Below are positions 1-8,345 of a stretch of 32,000 bases of DNA, in pieces. Source of the DNA: Myxococcota bacterium (GTDB lineage: Bacteria; Myxococcota_A; UBA9160; JAFDDA01); NCBI GenBank assembly GCA_965228475.1, contig OZ245817.1, forward strand, positions 4,728,524 through 4,760,523, read 5' to 3'. The notes under the pieces were generated by a model. It did no database searches and had not been told where the DNA came from. It saw only the letters and a list, made by a program, of their open reading frames with translations. The first letter of the stretch is position 1, and each line of letters opens with the position of its first letter. The translations under genes and the position numbers were made by a program.

Positions 1-120
1 GCGAAGGGCTTCGCGACCGACTGCCAGGGCTGCCACCTCCCCGCGCGCGCGACGGATTGGGTCTACGTGCAGGGCTACCCGCGCCTCACGGCCGACTCCG
101 CAGCTGAGCCTGGCCGCTAG
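1..120 (+). CDS. 3' end of a haem-c protein (cytochrome P460-like C-terminus), truncated by the window edge
   Basis: Frame 1 reads AKGFATDCQGCHLPARATDWVYVQGYPRLTADSAAEPGR*, with a CxxCH haem-binding motif (CQGCH) and high GC3. The TAG at 118-120 overlaps the GTG of the next gene by 1 nt. The P460-type assignment is from memory of that family's C-termini and is unverified. Confidence 0.45.
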   Translation, partial: AKGFATDCQGCHLPARATDWVYVQGYPRLTADSAAEPGR

Positions 121-1052
121 TGGGCGCCGACGTCCTCAGCGAGGTGCTCACGGCTCTCGAGCTCTCGGCCGTTCCGTGGTTCCGCGCGGAGCTCCACCAC
201 CCGTTCGGCGTCGCCGTCCCGCCCGGCGCCGAGGGTGGGGACGGCGCCATCCGGTTCCACGTCGCGATGGAGAACGACTGCACGATCGCCGTCGGCGAAG
301 ACGAACCGCTGCGCTTTCATGCGGGAGATCTCGTCCTCGTTCCGGGTGGGGCGAGCCATGTCCTCTCCGACTCACCCGGACGCGCCTCTACACCTTTGGC
401 CGAGGCCCTCGCGGGCGCGCGCTTCGACGGGATCGGTCCGATCACGCTCGGCGAAGGCCGCGATCGGACCGTCGTCGTCTGCGGTGAGTTCCGCTTCGCG
501 AACGAGGCGCTCCATCCCTTCGTCGCTTCCCTGCCGTCGTTGCTCCACCTCCCCGCCGAGGAGGGAACGGGCTACGGCTGGGTGGAGAGCCTGCTGGAAC
601 ACCTCGAGCGCGAGGCCCGCCACCAGCGGACGGGCCACGTCGAAGTCATCCGCCGGATCGCCGAGATCCTGCTCATCGAAGTCTTTCGCGCCCGCGCCGA
701 CGACCCGGAGCTCGGCGCGCTCTCCGCGCTCGCGGACCCGCAGCTCCGCCGCGCCCTCGAGGCCATCCACGCCCAGCCCGAGGCGGACTGGCGCCTCGAA
801 CAGCTCGCGCGGATCGCCGGGCAGTCGCGCACGGTCTTCGCCGAGCGGTTCCGGGCGCGCGTCGGCGTCGCGCCGATGAAGTACCTCACCGGCTGGCGGA
901 TGCAGAAGGCGCGCCGCCTGCTCGCCGAGTGTGACGAGCCGGTAGGCTGGGTGGCCCAGCGCGTCGGGTACGGCTCGGAGTCCGCCTTCAACCGGGCCTT
1001 CCGGGAACACTTCGGCGTTCCACCCGGAACCTGGCGCCGGAGCGCCGCCTAG
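120..1052 (+). CDS. AraC family transcriptional regulator (N-terminal cupin-type sensor, C-terminal AraC HTH)
   Basis: 310-aa ORF with a GTG start. The N-terminus (VLSEVLTALELSAVPWFRAEL...) is typical of cupin-type AraC sensors. The C-terminus (WRLEQLARIAGQSRTVFAERFRARVGVAPMKYLTGWRMQKARRLL...GYGSESAFNRAFREHFGVPPGTWRR) is a canonical AraC double HTH. Confidence 0.9.
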   Translation: MGADVLSEVLTALELSAVPWFRAELHHPFGVAVPPGAEGGDGAIRFHVAMENDCTIAVGEDEPLRFHAGDLVLVPGGASHVLSDSPGRASTPLAEALAGARFDGIGPITLGEGRDRTVVVCGEFRFANEALHPFVASLPSLLHLPAEEGTGYGWVESLLEHLEREARHQRTGHVEVIRRIAEILLIEVFRARADDPELGALSALADPQLRRALEAIHAQPEADWRLEQLARIAGQSRTVFAERFRARVGVAPMKYLTGWRMQKARRLLAECDEPVGWVAQRVGYGSESAFNRAFREHFGVPPGTWRRSAA

Positions 1053-1185
1053 CCGCTCGCCCCGGCTCCGCGCTTCCGGACGATCGGGCAAGTCCCGCGA
1101 ACGCCGGCGCGGCTCCCGCGCCTTGGCACCGCATCGAACTCTCCACAACGAACCGGCCCCACCCGGGCCGGAAGGAGAGAAGAAG

Positions 1186-1683
1186 ATGAATCACGATCGA
1201 ACCGTTTCCCGGAACGCTTTCGCCGCACTCGGCGCGCTGCTCTTCGCCTTCGCGATGCCGGCCGCCGCCGAGGACGAGCAGAACCTCTCGCTCGGACTGA
1301 CCGCCGAGGGAAAGCCCCTCGCCATGCACGGCTACGACCCCGTGGCCTACTTCACGCTCGGCGCGCCGACCCTCGGCAGCGCCGCGCACGCCGTCGTCCA
1401 CGAGGGTGCGACCTACTACTTTGTGAGTGAGGACCACGCCAAGCGCTTCCGGAAGTCGCCGGCGAAGTACGCGCCCCAGTTCGGCGGCTACTGCGCCTTC
1501 GGCGTCTCCGTCGGCAAGAAGTTCGACGCGGACCCGCGCTTCTGGGCGGTTTCCGACGGGCGGCTCTTCCTGAACCTGAATGCGGACATCGCGAAGATGT
1601 TCCAGAAGGACGTGCCCGGCGCCGTCGCCAAGGCCGACGGCCAGTGGCGGAAGATCGAGCGCAAGGCGGTCGGCGCGCTCTAG
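1186..1683 (+). CDS. exported YHS-domain protein
   Basis: The ATG at 1186 is preceded by GGAAGGAGAG. There is a signal peptide (AFAALGALLFAFAMPAAA/ED). YHS-type motifs are present: GYDPVAYF, ATYYFVSEDHAKRFRKSPAKYAPQFGGYCAFG. I prefer this internal start over the ORF-track start at 1123 because of the RBS and signal-peptide position. Confidence 0.85.
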   Translation: MNHDRTVSRNAFAALGALLFAFAMPAAAEDEQNLSLGLTAEGKPLAMHGYDPVAYFTLGAPTLGSAAHAVVHEGATYYFVSEDHAKRFRKSPAKYAPQFGGYCAFGVSVGKKFDADPRFWAVSDGRLFLNLNADIAKMFQKDVPGAVAKADGQWRKIERKAVGAL

Positions 1684-1756
1684 GCGCCCCGCGCTTCGGC
1701 ACGAATCCCACCCGGGCCTCGGCGGCTCGGGTGGGATCTCGTTTCGCGCTTCCCGC

Positions 1757-2644
1757 TCACGCCCCGGGCGCGAGCGCCTCGAGCACGGCCAGGTCGTTGC
1801 CGAAGGCGGCGTCCGGCCGGATCGGCTGGATGCAGACGTGGGTGGCGCCCGCGTCGTGATGCTCCTGGATCCGCGCCCGCAGGGCATCCTCGTCGCCCCA
1901 GGCGACGATCGCGTCGACGAGCCGGTCGCTCGGCGCCGCCGGATCCGCCCAGTCCGAATCTTCGAAGCCGAGCTCTCGCAGGTTGTTCTGGTAGTTCGGC
2001 GCGCGCAGGTAGATCGCCATGGCGTTGCGGGCGGCGGCGCGAGCGCGCTCCGGATCGGTCTCGAGGATGACCTTCTGCTCCGGGCAGAGCCAGGCGTCCG
2101 GGCCCATGCGCTCGCGTGCGCGGCGCGTGTGCTCGGGGGTCACGAAGTAGGGATGCGCTCCGCGCACGCGGGTGGCCGCGAGCTTGAGCATGAGCGGCCG
2201 CAGCGCGGCCAGCACGATCGGGGCATCCTCCTCGGGCGGGCGCGCCATGAAGATCGCCTTCTCCATCGCATCGAGGTACTCGCGCATGGCCGGCACGGGC
2301 TTCTTGTACTCGTGGCCGCGGGCGTTCGAGACGAGATGCTTGTGCGAGACCCCGATGCCGAGAACGAAGCGCCCGGACGCGAGCGACGACATCGTCTTGT
2401 GGATGGCCTTCATGGTCATCGGATCGCGCGCGTAGATGTTGGCGATGCCGGTGCAGAGCACGAGCTTCTCGGTGTTCGCGGCCAGGTAGCCGAGCGTCGC
2501 GAAGGGATCGAGGCCCACGGCCTCCGGAATCCACAGCGCGGAGTACCCCCAGCGCTCGATCTGCTGCGCGAAGGCCACGCTCTCCTCGGGCGAGTTCCCG
2601 TCGAGCGCCGCCCAGACTCCGAGCTTTCCGATCTCCGTGGCCAT
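1757..2644 (-). CDS. luciferase-like (LLM class, probably F420- or flavin-dependent) oxidoreductase
   Basis: The ATG at 2644 is preceded by AAGGAG. The protein MATEIGKLGVWAALDG...WGYSALWIPEAVGLDPFATLGYLAANTEKLVLCTGIANIYARDP... matches the LLM/TIM-barrel oxidoreductase pattern. It is the last 295 aa of the 957-aa track ORF; the upstream part is an out-of-frame overlap with neighbouring genes. Confidence 0.85.
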   Translation of the reverse strand: MATEIGKLGVWAALDGNSPEESVAFAQQIERWGYSALWIPEAVGLDPFATLGYLAANTEKLVLCTGIANIYARDPMTMKAIHKTMSSLASGRFVLGIGVSHKHLVSNARGHEYKKPVPAMREYLDAMEKAIFMARPPEEDAPIVLAALRPLMLKLAATRVRGAHPYFVTPEHTRRARERMGPDAWLCPEQKVILETDPERARAAARNAMAIYLRAPNYQNNLRELGFEDSDWADPAAPSDRLVDAIVAWGDEDALRARIQEHHDAGATHVCIQPIRPDAAFGNDLAVLEALAPGA

Positions 2645-2688
2645 TCCGACTCCTTCTTGATCGACACTTTTCGATCGACGCTTCCCGA

Positions 2689-3105
2689 TCAATCGACGTG
2701 CTTGGGTTCCGGCGAGTGGTGGTACTCGACCTCGCCGAACGCGTCGGCGGCGAGCACGTAGAGTAGCCGCATCGGCGCCGGGCCGGTGTTCACCGCGACG
2801 TGTTCGCAGCCACCGGGCAGGTAGACCGCCGAACCCGGCCGCAGCGCATGGACCTCCCCGTCGATGAAGACGGCGCCCTCCCCTTCGAGGAGGAAGTAGA
2901 CCTCGGCCTGGGCGTGGTGGTGGCTGACGGCCGGGGAACCGGGCTCCCGCGGCGGGAGCTCCGCCACGCCGAGGGTGAAGCCGCGGGTCGGCGTGCGGTC
3001 CGCGGAGAAGAGCGTCCGCCAGGCGACGTGCCCCGCCGTCGCCTCGTTCCAACTCTCGAGGGTCACCTCGTCCGCGTGGACGACGAGCGCGCGCTCCTTG
3101 GTCAC
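2689..3105 (-). CDS. cupin domain protein
   Basis: 138 aa with a GTG start. Cupin motifs are present: HHHAQAEVYFLLEGEGAVFIDGE...LRPGSAVYLPGGCEHVAVNTG. It is packed between the ACAD and LLM genes on the same strand. Confidence 0.85.
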   Translation of the reverse strand: MTKERALVVHADEVTLESWNEATAGHVAWRTLFSADRTPTRGFTLGVAELPPREPGSPAVSHHHAQAEVYFLLEGEGAVFIDGEVHALRPGSAVYLPGGCEHVAVNTGPAPMRLLYVLAADAFGEVEYHHSPEPKHVD

Positions 3106-3117
3106 GGACGGCGCCCG

Positions 3118-4818
3118 CTAGGGGTTCATCGTGTAGGCGCCGTCGAGGGGCTCGACGTGGCGCTTCCAGACCCGCTCGTAGCGCTCGGCGTCGTGGGCCG
3201 GCTTGCGCATCATCTCCTGGCAACGCACCTGCTGGGCCTCGTTGCTGCTCGGCTGGCCGTAGAGGCCGAGCGCGTGCTCGCCGACGTCGCGCACCATGAA
3301 CTCGAAGATCTGGTCGAGGAGATCGTCGTCGAGCTCGTAGATGCGCGCGTTCTCGAGGAGGAGCTGCGCGTAGACCACCAGGGCGAAGATCTCGCCTCCC
3401 GCCATCAGGAAGTCGACGTCCTTCATCTGATCGGGCCCGGGCGGCGACTCCTGGAGCAGCGAGCGGAAGGCCTCGACCTGCTCGGCGAAGATCTTCACGT
3501 TCGGGACGTCGACGCCCTCGAAGGCCTTGCGGTAGTCGTGGAACTGGATCTGGGAGAGGCCGCGCGTCGAGCCCTGGTCGAAGAGGAAGTCGTCGTTCGC
3601 GCCGTGGTCCTGCCGCGCGATCTCCGGGTACTCGGCCGGGTTGAAGAAGAAGTTCGGCATGAACTTCGCGATCAGCGCGATGTTCACGTGGACCGTCCCT
3701 TCGAGCTTCGGCAGCGCCCGGATGTCGACGGCCGCCTGGCTGAAGTACATGTCCTTCTCGAAGCCCTTGGCCGCGATCGCGTCCCAGAGCAGGTTGATCA
3801 CGGACTCGCCCTGGGTCGTGACCTTCATCTTCACCATCGGGTTGTAGAGCAGGTAGCGGCGGTCGGAGGCCGAGGCGCTCCGCATGTAGTCCGCCGCGCG
3901 CAGGGCGAAGAGCTTCATCGCCGTGAGGCGCGCATGGCCCTCGACGAACATGCGCCGCACGTGGGACATGTCCGTGACCTTCATGCCGTAGAGCACGCGG
4001 TTGTGGGCGTGGGTGATGGCCTCGTAGAGGGCGTGGGTGCACATCCCGATCGAGGCCCAGCCGAGGTTGTACTTGCCGATGTTCACCGTGTTGAGCGCGG
4101 CGTCCCAGGCGGCGCGGCCCTTGTGGAGGATGTCCTCCTCGCGCACGGGGTAGTCGCGCAGCTCGTACTCGCTCACGTAGTTCTGGCTCGCGACGACGTT
4201 CTTCACGAGGTGGTAGTTCTCGTGCTTCGGGTCGGCCGCGAAGAAGACGTACTCGTCGTCGTCCGCGAAGCGGCCGAAGGTCGAGACGATGGCGGCTTCG
4301 TTGCCGTTCCCGATGTAGTACTTGCGGCCGTTCGCGCGCCAGCCGGGGAGCGACTCGTCGCGCGTCAGCACCATGTCCGTCGAGTAGATGTCGGCGCCGT
4401 GGTCTTTCTCGGAGAGGCCGAAGGCGAAGATGCCGCCGTCCTCGATGGCCTTCGCCGTCCGCTTGCGCATCGCCTCGTTCTCGCTCATCCAGAGCGGCCC
4501 GAGCCCGAGCACCGAGACCTGCCAGACGTACCAGTACTGGAGCCCGTAGAAGCCCAGGATCTCGGCGAACTCGCAGATGCGCCAGGTGTCCCAGCGCGCG
4601 TCCGAGGCGCCCTCGCCTTCGGGCGTGCACAGCGTCGCGAACAGGCGCTCCTTGCCGGCGTACTCGACGAAGTCCGAGTACCAGGGGCGGTCGTAGTAGT
4701 CGGCGAGCAGCCGCTCCTTCCCCTTGTTCTCGAAGAACGCGACGGTCTTGCGCATGACCTCGGCGGAGCGCTCGTCGGGGTAGGGACGGGTGAGGTTCTT
4801 CGGGTCGAGCAGGATCAT
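3118..4818 (-). CDS. acyl-CoA dehydrogenase family protein (long form)
   Basis: 566 aa. ACAD-like blocks are present: FAFGLSEKDHGADIYSTDM, GRKYYIGNGNEA, NIGKYNLGWASIGMCTHALYEAITHAHNRVLYG. Coding GC3 holds throughout. Confidence 0.9.
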   Translation of the reverse strand: MILLDPKNLTRPYPDERSAEVMRKTVAFFENKGKERLLADYYDRPWYSDFVEYAGKERLFATLCTPEGEGASDARWDTWRICEFAEILGFYGLQYWYVWQVSVLGLGPLWMSENEAMRKRTAKAIEDGGIFAFGLSEKDHGADIYSTDMVLTRDESLPGWRANGRKYYIGNGNEAAIVSTFGRFADDDEYVFFAADPKHENYHLVKNVVASQNYVSEYELRDYPVREEDILHKGRAAWDAALNTVNIGKYNLGWASIGMCTHALYEAITHAHNRVLYGMKVTDMSHVRRMFVEGHARLTAMKLFALRAADYMRSASASDRRYLLYNPMVKMKVTTQGESVINLLWDAIAAKGFEKDMYFSQAAVDIRALPKLEGTVHVNIALIAKFMPNFFFNPAEYPEIARQDHGANDDFLFDQGSTRGLSQIQFHDYRKAFEGVDVPNVKIFAEQVEAFRSLLQESPPGPDQMKDVDFLMAGGEIFALVVYAQLLLENARIYELDDDLLDQIFEFMVRDVGEHALGLYGQPSSNEAQQVRCQEMMRKPAHDAERYERVWKRHVEPLDGAYTMNP

Positions 4819-4903
4819 GGGGCGTCCTTGGGTGGGGCGGCGCTTCGCGCGCCGTGGCGGGCGACGTTCTTCGCCCGGACGGACGATCTTCGCACGAATC
4901 CGG

Positions 4904-5611
4904 CTAGAAGACGATCTCCATGGGGAGCCCGGCCGCGTCGAGGACCGGCTCGGCGGGGAGCGTCTCCGCCTCGCCCGCCGCGATCCGGTGCGCGGTGTAG
5001 AGGGCGGCGGCCGCGTCCACGATGTCGTCGTCCGCCAGCCAGCGACGAGGCTCGCCGCCGCGGGCGCGGGCGAGCAGGTCCGGGCCGAGCCAGGACTCGA
5101 CGAGGCGGAGTCGCTCGGTCCGACCCTGCGGTCGCTTCTTCGCGAAGGCCATGGGCTCGCCTCCGTTCCAGACGAGGAAGGAGAGCTCCGGGTGGACCTC
5201 GCGGAAGGCCGCCCGGGCCGCCGGGTGCTCGGCGAGCAGCCGGTCGACCTCGCGGATCTTCGGGAAGAGGTTCCAGGCCTGCCGGCTCACGCGGCGGCCG
5301 TCCGCGCGCCGGGTGGTCTCGCAGGCCTCGGCGTAGTCGCTCGCCCCGAGCGCCGCGCGGATCGGCGCCGGGAACACGCTTCGCCCCCGCGCCGGGCCGA
5401 GCCGGGCGCGCGCTGCGAGATCGCAGGCGCGGCTTCCCGCCTCGGGCAGGCCGATCGGAATGTCGATGGCGACGATCTCGGGAACGGGAGGCTTGCGCAG
5501 CAGGTCCGCCGCGTGCTCGATGTGGTCGAAGGCGACGGCGCCGGTCGCCCCGTTCCGCGAAGCGCGGAACCAGCCGCCGCGGCAGCCGTCGACGCCGGCG
5601 AGCCACGCCAC
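4904..5611 (-). CDS. DUF429 domain protein (predicted RNase H-like fold)
   Basis: 235 aa with a GTG start, 3 nt after the DUF72 stop. The N-terminus (AGVDGCRGGW...IVAIDIPIGLPE...R.CD..AR) is the characteristic DUF429 signature. Confidence 0.8.
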   Translation of the reverse strand: MAWLAGVDGCRGGWFRASRNGATGAVAFDHIEHAADLLRKPPVPEIVAIDIPIGLPEAGSRACDLAARARLGPARGRSVFPAPIRAALGASDYAEACETTRRADGRRVSRQAWNLFPKIREVDRLLAEHPAARAAFREVHPELSFLVWNGGEPMAFAKKRPQGRTERLRLVESWLGPDLLARARGGEPRRWLADDDIVDAAAALYTAHRIAAGEAETLPAEPVLDAAGLPMEIVF

Positions 5612-5614
5612 GGG

Positions 5615-6496
5615 CTAGAGCAGCTCGAGCTGGCCGTTCGCCTGCTCTCCCGACTCGCCCGGGAAGGGCGGCAGCTCGCCGAGATCCTGCTTCGTCCGCG
5701 GCGCGACGCGCGCGTGGAAATCCCGCGCGACCTCGGGCGTCCGCAGGTTGCTCGCCGTGTGGACGAAGAAGATCGGGTCGAGCCCGTCGTCGATCCAGCC
5801 TGCAACGCGCTCGGCCCACTCTTCCAGGTAGGGCTCGTTCGCCTCGTCGTCGGGATGGCCGACGAAGCGCACCATCGGCCGGCGCCCGACCGGCTCGGGC
5901 CGCACGGGCAGGTCCGGCTTCTTGTGGAGGGCCGCGAGCACCTCCGGGTGGTTCGGGTTCCCGGCGCGCAGCGCGCGCGTGTCCATCACGACGCGGTCGC
6001 AGCCGCGCTCCGAGAGCAGCTCGTCCGCGTGGCCCGCGAGGGCTGCATCGTAGAAGTAGTCCCGATGGCGGAGCTCCACGGCCCACTCGAACTCGCGCGG
6101 TGCGCACTCGAGGAAGGCTTCGAGGTCGCGCAGCCGGTCCGGCCCGAAGTTCGGCGGGAGCTGCAGGAGGATCGGGCCGCAGCGTTCGCGCAGCGGCTCG
6201 ATCGCGCGCAGGAACGCTTCGAGCGGCGCCTTGGCGTCGAGCAGCAGGCCGTCGTGGGTGATCTCGCGCGGAAGCTTGAAGGAGAAGCGGAAGTCCGGGG
6301 GCGTCTCGGCGAGCCAGCGTGCGACCGTCCGCGCGCTCGGCGCGCTGTAGAAGGTGGTGTTGCCCTCGACCGCGTTGAAGACGCGCGCGTACTGGCCGAG
6401 CCGGTCGCCCGGGCGGGCGTCGCGGCTGAAGAGCGAGCCGTTCCAGGGCTCGAAGCTCCATAAGGGCGCGCCGAGGGCGTAGCGGGCGAGGGTCAT
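5615..6496 (-). CDS. DUF72 (YecE/UPF0759) family protein
   Basis: 293 aa. DUF72 blocks are present: YARVFNAVEGNTTFYS, PPDFRFSFKLPREITH, PILLQLPPNFGP, WAVELRHRDYF. Confidence 0.85.
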   Translation of the reverse strand: MTLARYALGAPLWSFEPWNGSLFSRDARPGDRLGQYARVFNAVEGNTTFYSAPSARTVARWLAETPPDFRFSFKLPREITHDGLLLDAKAPLEAFLRAIEPLRERCGPILLQLPPNFGPDRLRDLEAFLECAPREFEWAVELRHRDYFYDAALAGHADELLSERGCDRVVMDTRALRAGNPNHPEVLAALHKKPDLPVRPEPVGRRPMVRFVGHPDDEANEPYLEEWAERVAGWIDDGLDPIFFVHTASNLRTPEVARDFHARVAPRTKQDLGELPPFPGESGEQANGQLELL

Positions 6497-6583
6497 GGGC
6501 GCAGCTTAACCCGGCGGGCGTGGGCGGCCGTCCGAGGCCGGCGCTTCACCGCGGACCGGCCGCATTGGTAGAATCGGACGACG

Positions 6584-7618
6584 ATGAGCAAGCAAGCCAG
6601 GCCTGGCGCGCCGGCCACGGGAAGCGGCGAAACCATGTCCGCACGGAGCGAGAGCATCGGCGTCCCCGGCCCGGGCGTCGCAGTGGCCGTGCTCGTGGCC
6701 CTCGCCCTGTTCAACTTCGCGACGGGCGTCTTCCGTCCGAACGCGCTGCCCGACTACGCGGGCTCGGCGCGCCAGATCATCGGCATGGGCCTGATGACGA
6801 CGCTCCTCCCGGCCTACCTCATCGTCGCCACCTGGTTCGGCCAGCGCCGCTCCTTCGCGCTGCTCGAGGCGCTGCGAAGCCGGCTCCCCGACCCGGCGCC
6901 CATCGATGCGGCGAGCCAAACGCTGCGGGGCGGCCTCCGGGCGACGTGGGTGCAGGGGATCGTGCTCGGCTGCTTCCTCGCCCTCTTCAACACCCAGCCC
7001 GTCGAGGCCCTGCGCGGCCCGCTGCCCGTGCTCGAGGGCGCGATCTCCTTCGGACAGTTCGCGCTCTGGATCGCGGTGGCGCTCCTGTTCGGGGTGCGAC
7101 GAAAAGCCGCGCACGCCTTCCGCGAGCTCGCGCGAATCGTTCCGATCGATCTATTTCGCCCTGAGACGCAGCGCCTCATCGCGCGCTCGGGCGTCGTCGA
7201 CGTCGCCGTCGTCGCGGGCGCGCTGCTCTTCACGCCGCTGCAATCCCTCGACGCCGAGTTCCGCTGGTACAACTACCACTTCGGTCTGCTCGTGGCGCTT
7301 CCCGCCGCCGCCTTCTTCCTGCTGTGGCCCATCACCCCACTCCACCGCCGTAACCAGGTGGAACGCGACGCCCAGCTCGCTGCGCTCGACGCGAAACTCG
7401 ACGAAACACTGCACGGTGACGGGCGCACAGCGAGCGAAGACGGAGCGATCGGCCGGCTGGAAACGCTCCTCGCGCACCGCGATCGCATCGCACGCGTGCG
7501 GACGTGGCCCCTCAGCACCGGCCTCCTCTCGCGCGTTTTCCTCTACCTCGTGATTCCGCCGCTCGCCTGGGCCGCCGCCGCCGTCGTCGAACGCTTCGTA
7601 GACCAGATGCTCGGCTGA
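6584..7618 (+). CDS. hypothetical multi-pass membrane protein
   Basis: 344-aa ORF with coding GC3 and several hydrophobic segments (VAVAVLVALALFNF, GMGLMTTLLPAYLIVATWF, IVLGCFLALF, FALWIAVALLFGV, LLVALPAAAFFLLWPI, VFLYLVIPPLAWAAAAVV). I recognise no family. TAGAAT lies 12 nt upstream of the ATG, so the mRNA may be near-leaderless; an alternative start is the ATG at 6635. Confidence 0.6.
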   Translation: MSKQARPGAPATGSGETMSARSESIGVPGPGVAVAVLVALALFNFATGVFRPNALPDYAGSARQIIGMGLMTTLLPAYLIVATWFGQRRSFALLEALRSRLPDPAPIDAASQTLRGGLRATWVQGIVLGCFLALFNTQPVEALRGPLPVLEGAISFGQFALWIAVALLFGVRRKAAHAFRELARIVPIDLFRPETQRLIARSGVVDVAVVAGALLFTPLQSLDAEFRWYNYHFGLLVALPAAAFFLLWPITPLHRRNQVERDAQLAALDAKLDETLHGDGRTASEDGAIGRLETLLAHRDRIARVRTWPLSTGLLSRVFLYLVIPPLAWAAAAVVERFVDQMLG

Positions 7619-7751
7619 AGAGTCTCAGCGACCCGTACGACCTTTTCGGTTGCACGCCTCAACGTCACCCATTTGGGGAATGCAACGGACGCGGAGTTCG
7701 CGTAGAAACGAGTCGAGGCCACGCCTGCTCGTGTCGCGCTACCAACGTTCC

Positions 7752-8066
7752 GTGGAGATCGAAGACCTCGTCGTCGCCCTGGCGGTGACCCGCCAGGGGC
7801 TCACCATCTCGGACATCGCCGAGCGCTACGACGTCTCCCGCCGAACCGCCGAGCGCATGCGCGACGCCGTCGGCGAACGCTTCCCCCTGGTCGAAGCCGC
7901 CCGCAGCGGCGGCGAGCGCCGCAAGCGCTGGCGCATCGAAGGCCCGACGGGCTCCGTCCTCGCCACGATCGACGCTCAGGGCCGAGCGGTGCTCGCCCGC
8001 GCCGTCGCCGCCCTGCGCGAAGCCGGCCGGGTCGAACTCGCCGCCGAGCTCGAGAAGCTCGGATGA
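7752..8066 (+). CDS. small HTH-domain protein (resembles only the N-terminal DNA-binding part of larger regulators)
   Basis: High GC3 begins at the GTG at 7752; the 5' part of the track ORF (7650-7750) has non-coding codon usage. There is an HTH-like segment: LTISDIAERYDVSRRTAERMRD. No clear RBS. Confidence 0.4.
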   Translation: MEIEDLVVALAVTRQGLTISDIAERYDVSRRTAERMRDAVGERFPLVEAARSGGERRKRWRIEGPTGSVLATIDAQGRAVLARAVAALREAGRVELAAELEKLG

Positions 8067-8310
8067 AGGGAGCGCGCGCGCGGCTCGGGAAGCCGCCCTC
8101 ATCCCTTCGGAGCTCGCGGAAAGCCACTCGCTCGCGCCCCCCAGCGGATCGCGCGTGCGGCAGGCGGCGGCGCTGCGGGCACCCCCGGCTCCGCCGTCTG
8201 CTCTCCGCGAGCGCTGCGCCGCAATAGATAGGACCCGACGCCCCGATTGCTGAGGCAGGGTGTCTCGCCCGCGCCCGGAGCAACCCGCATGCGGCTCGCG
8301 CGGGCGGTAC

Positions 8311-8339
8311 GTCTCCTGCAAGATCTCCGCACAGGAGAC
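8311..8339 (+). promoter_or_regulatory. hairpin that would sequester the Shine-Dalgarno of the CBS gene
   Basis: There is a perfect 8-bp inverted repeat: GTCTCCTG (8311-8318) and CAGGAGAC (8332-8339). The 3' arm contains the AGGAGA RBS, 7 nt before the ATG at 8346. Confidence 0.3.
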
Positions 8340-8345
8340 CCGTCC

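Noticed and set aside
2645-4630. Upstream 660 aa of the 957-aa minus-strand ORF 1757..4630
   Set aside because: Only the last 295 aa (from the ATG at 2644, with an AAGGAG RBS) look like a real protein (LLM oxidoreductase). The rest overlaps the cupin and ACAD genes out of frame and is Arg/Pro-rich nonsense.
2800-6261. 1153-aa plus-strand ORF, the longest in the window
   Set aside because: It runs antisense to four well-supported minus-strand genes (cupin, ACAD, DUF429, DUF72). Its translation is Arg/Gly/Pro/Ala low-complexity with no recognisable domain. This is the typical shadow ORF of a very GC-rich genome.
4815-6463. Paired long ORFs 4790..6463 (+) and 4815..6461 (-)
   Set aside because: Both overlap the DUF429 and DUF72 genes in alternative frames, have low-complexity Arg/Ala/Pro composition, and lack RBSs.
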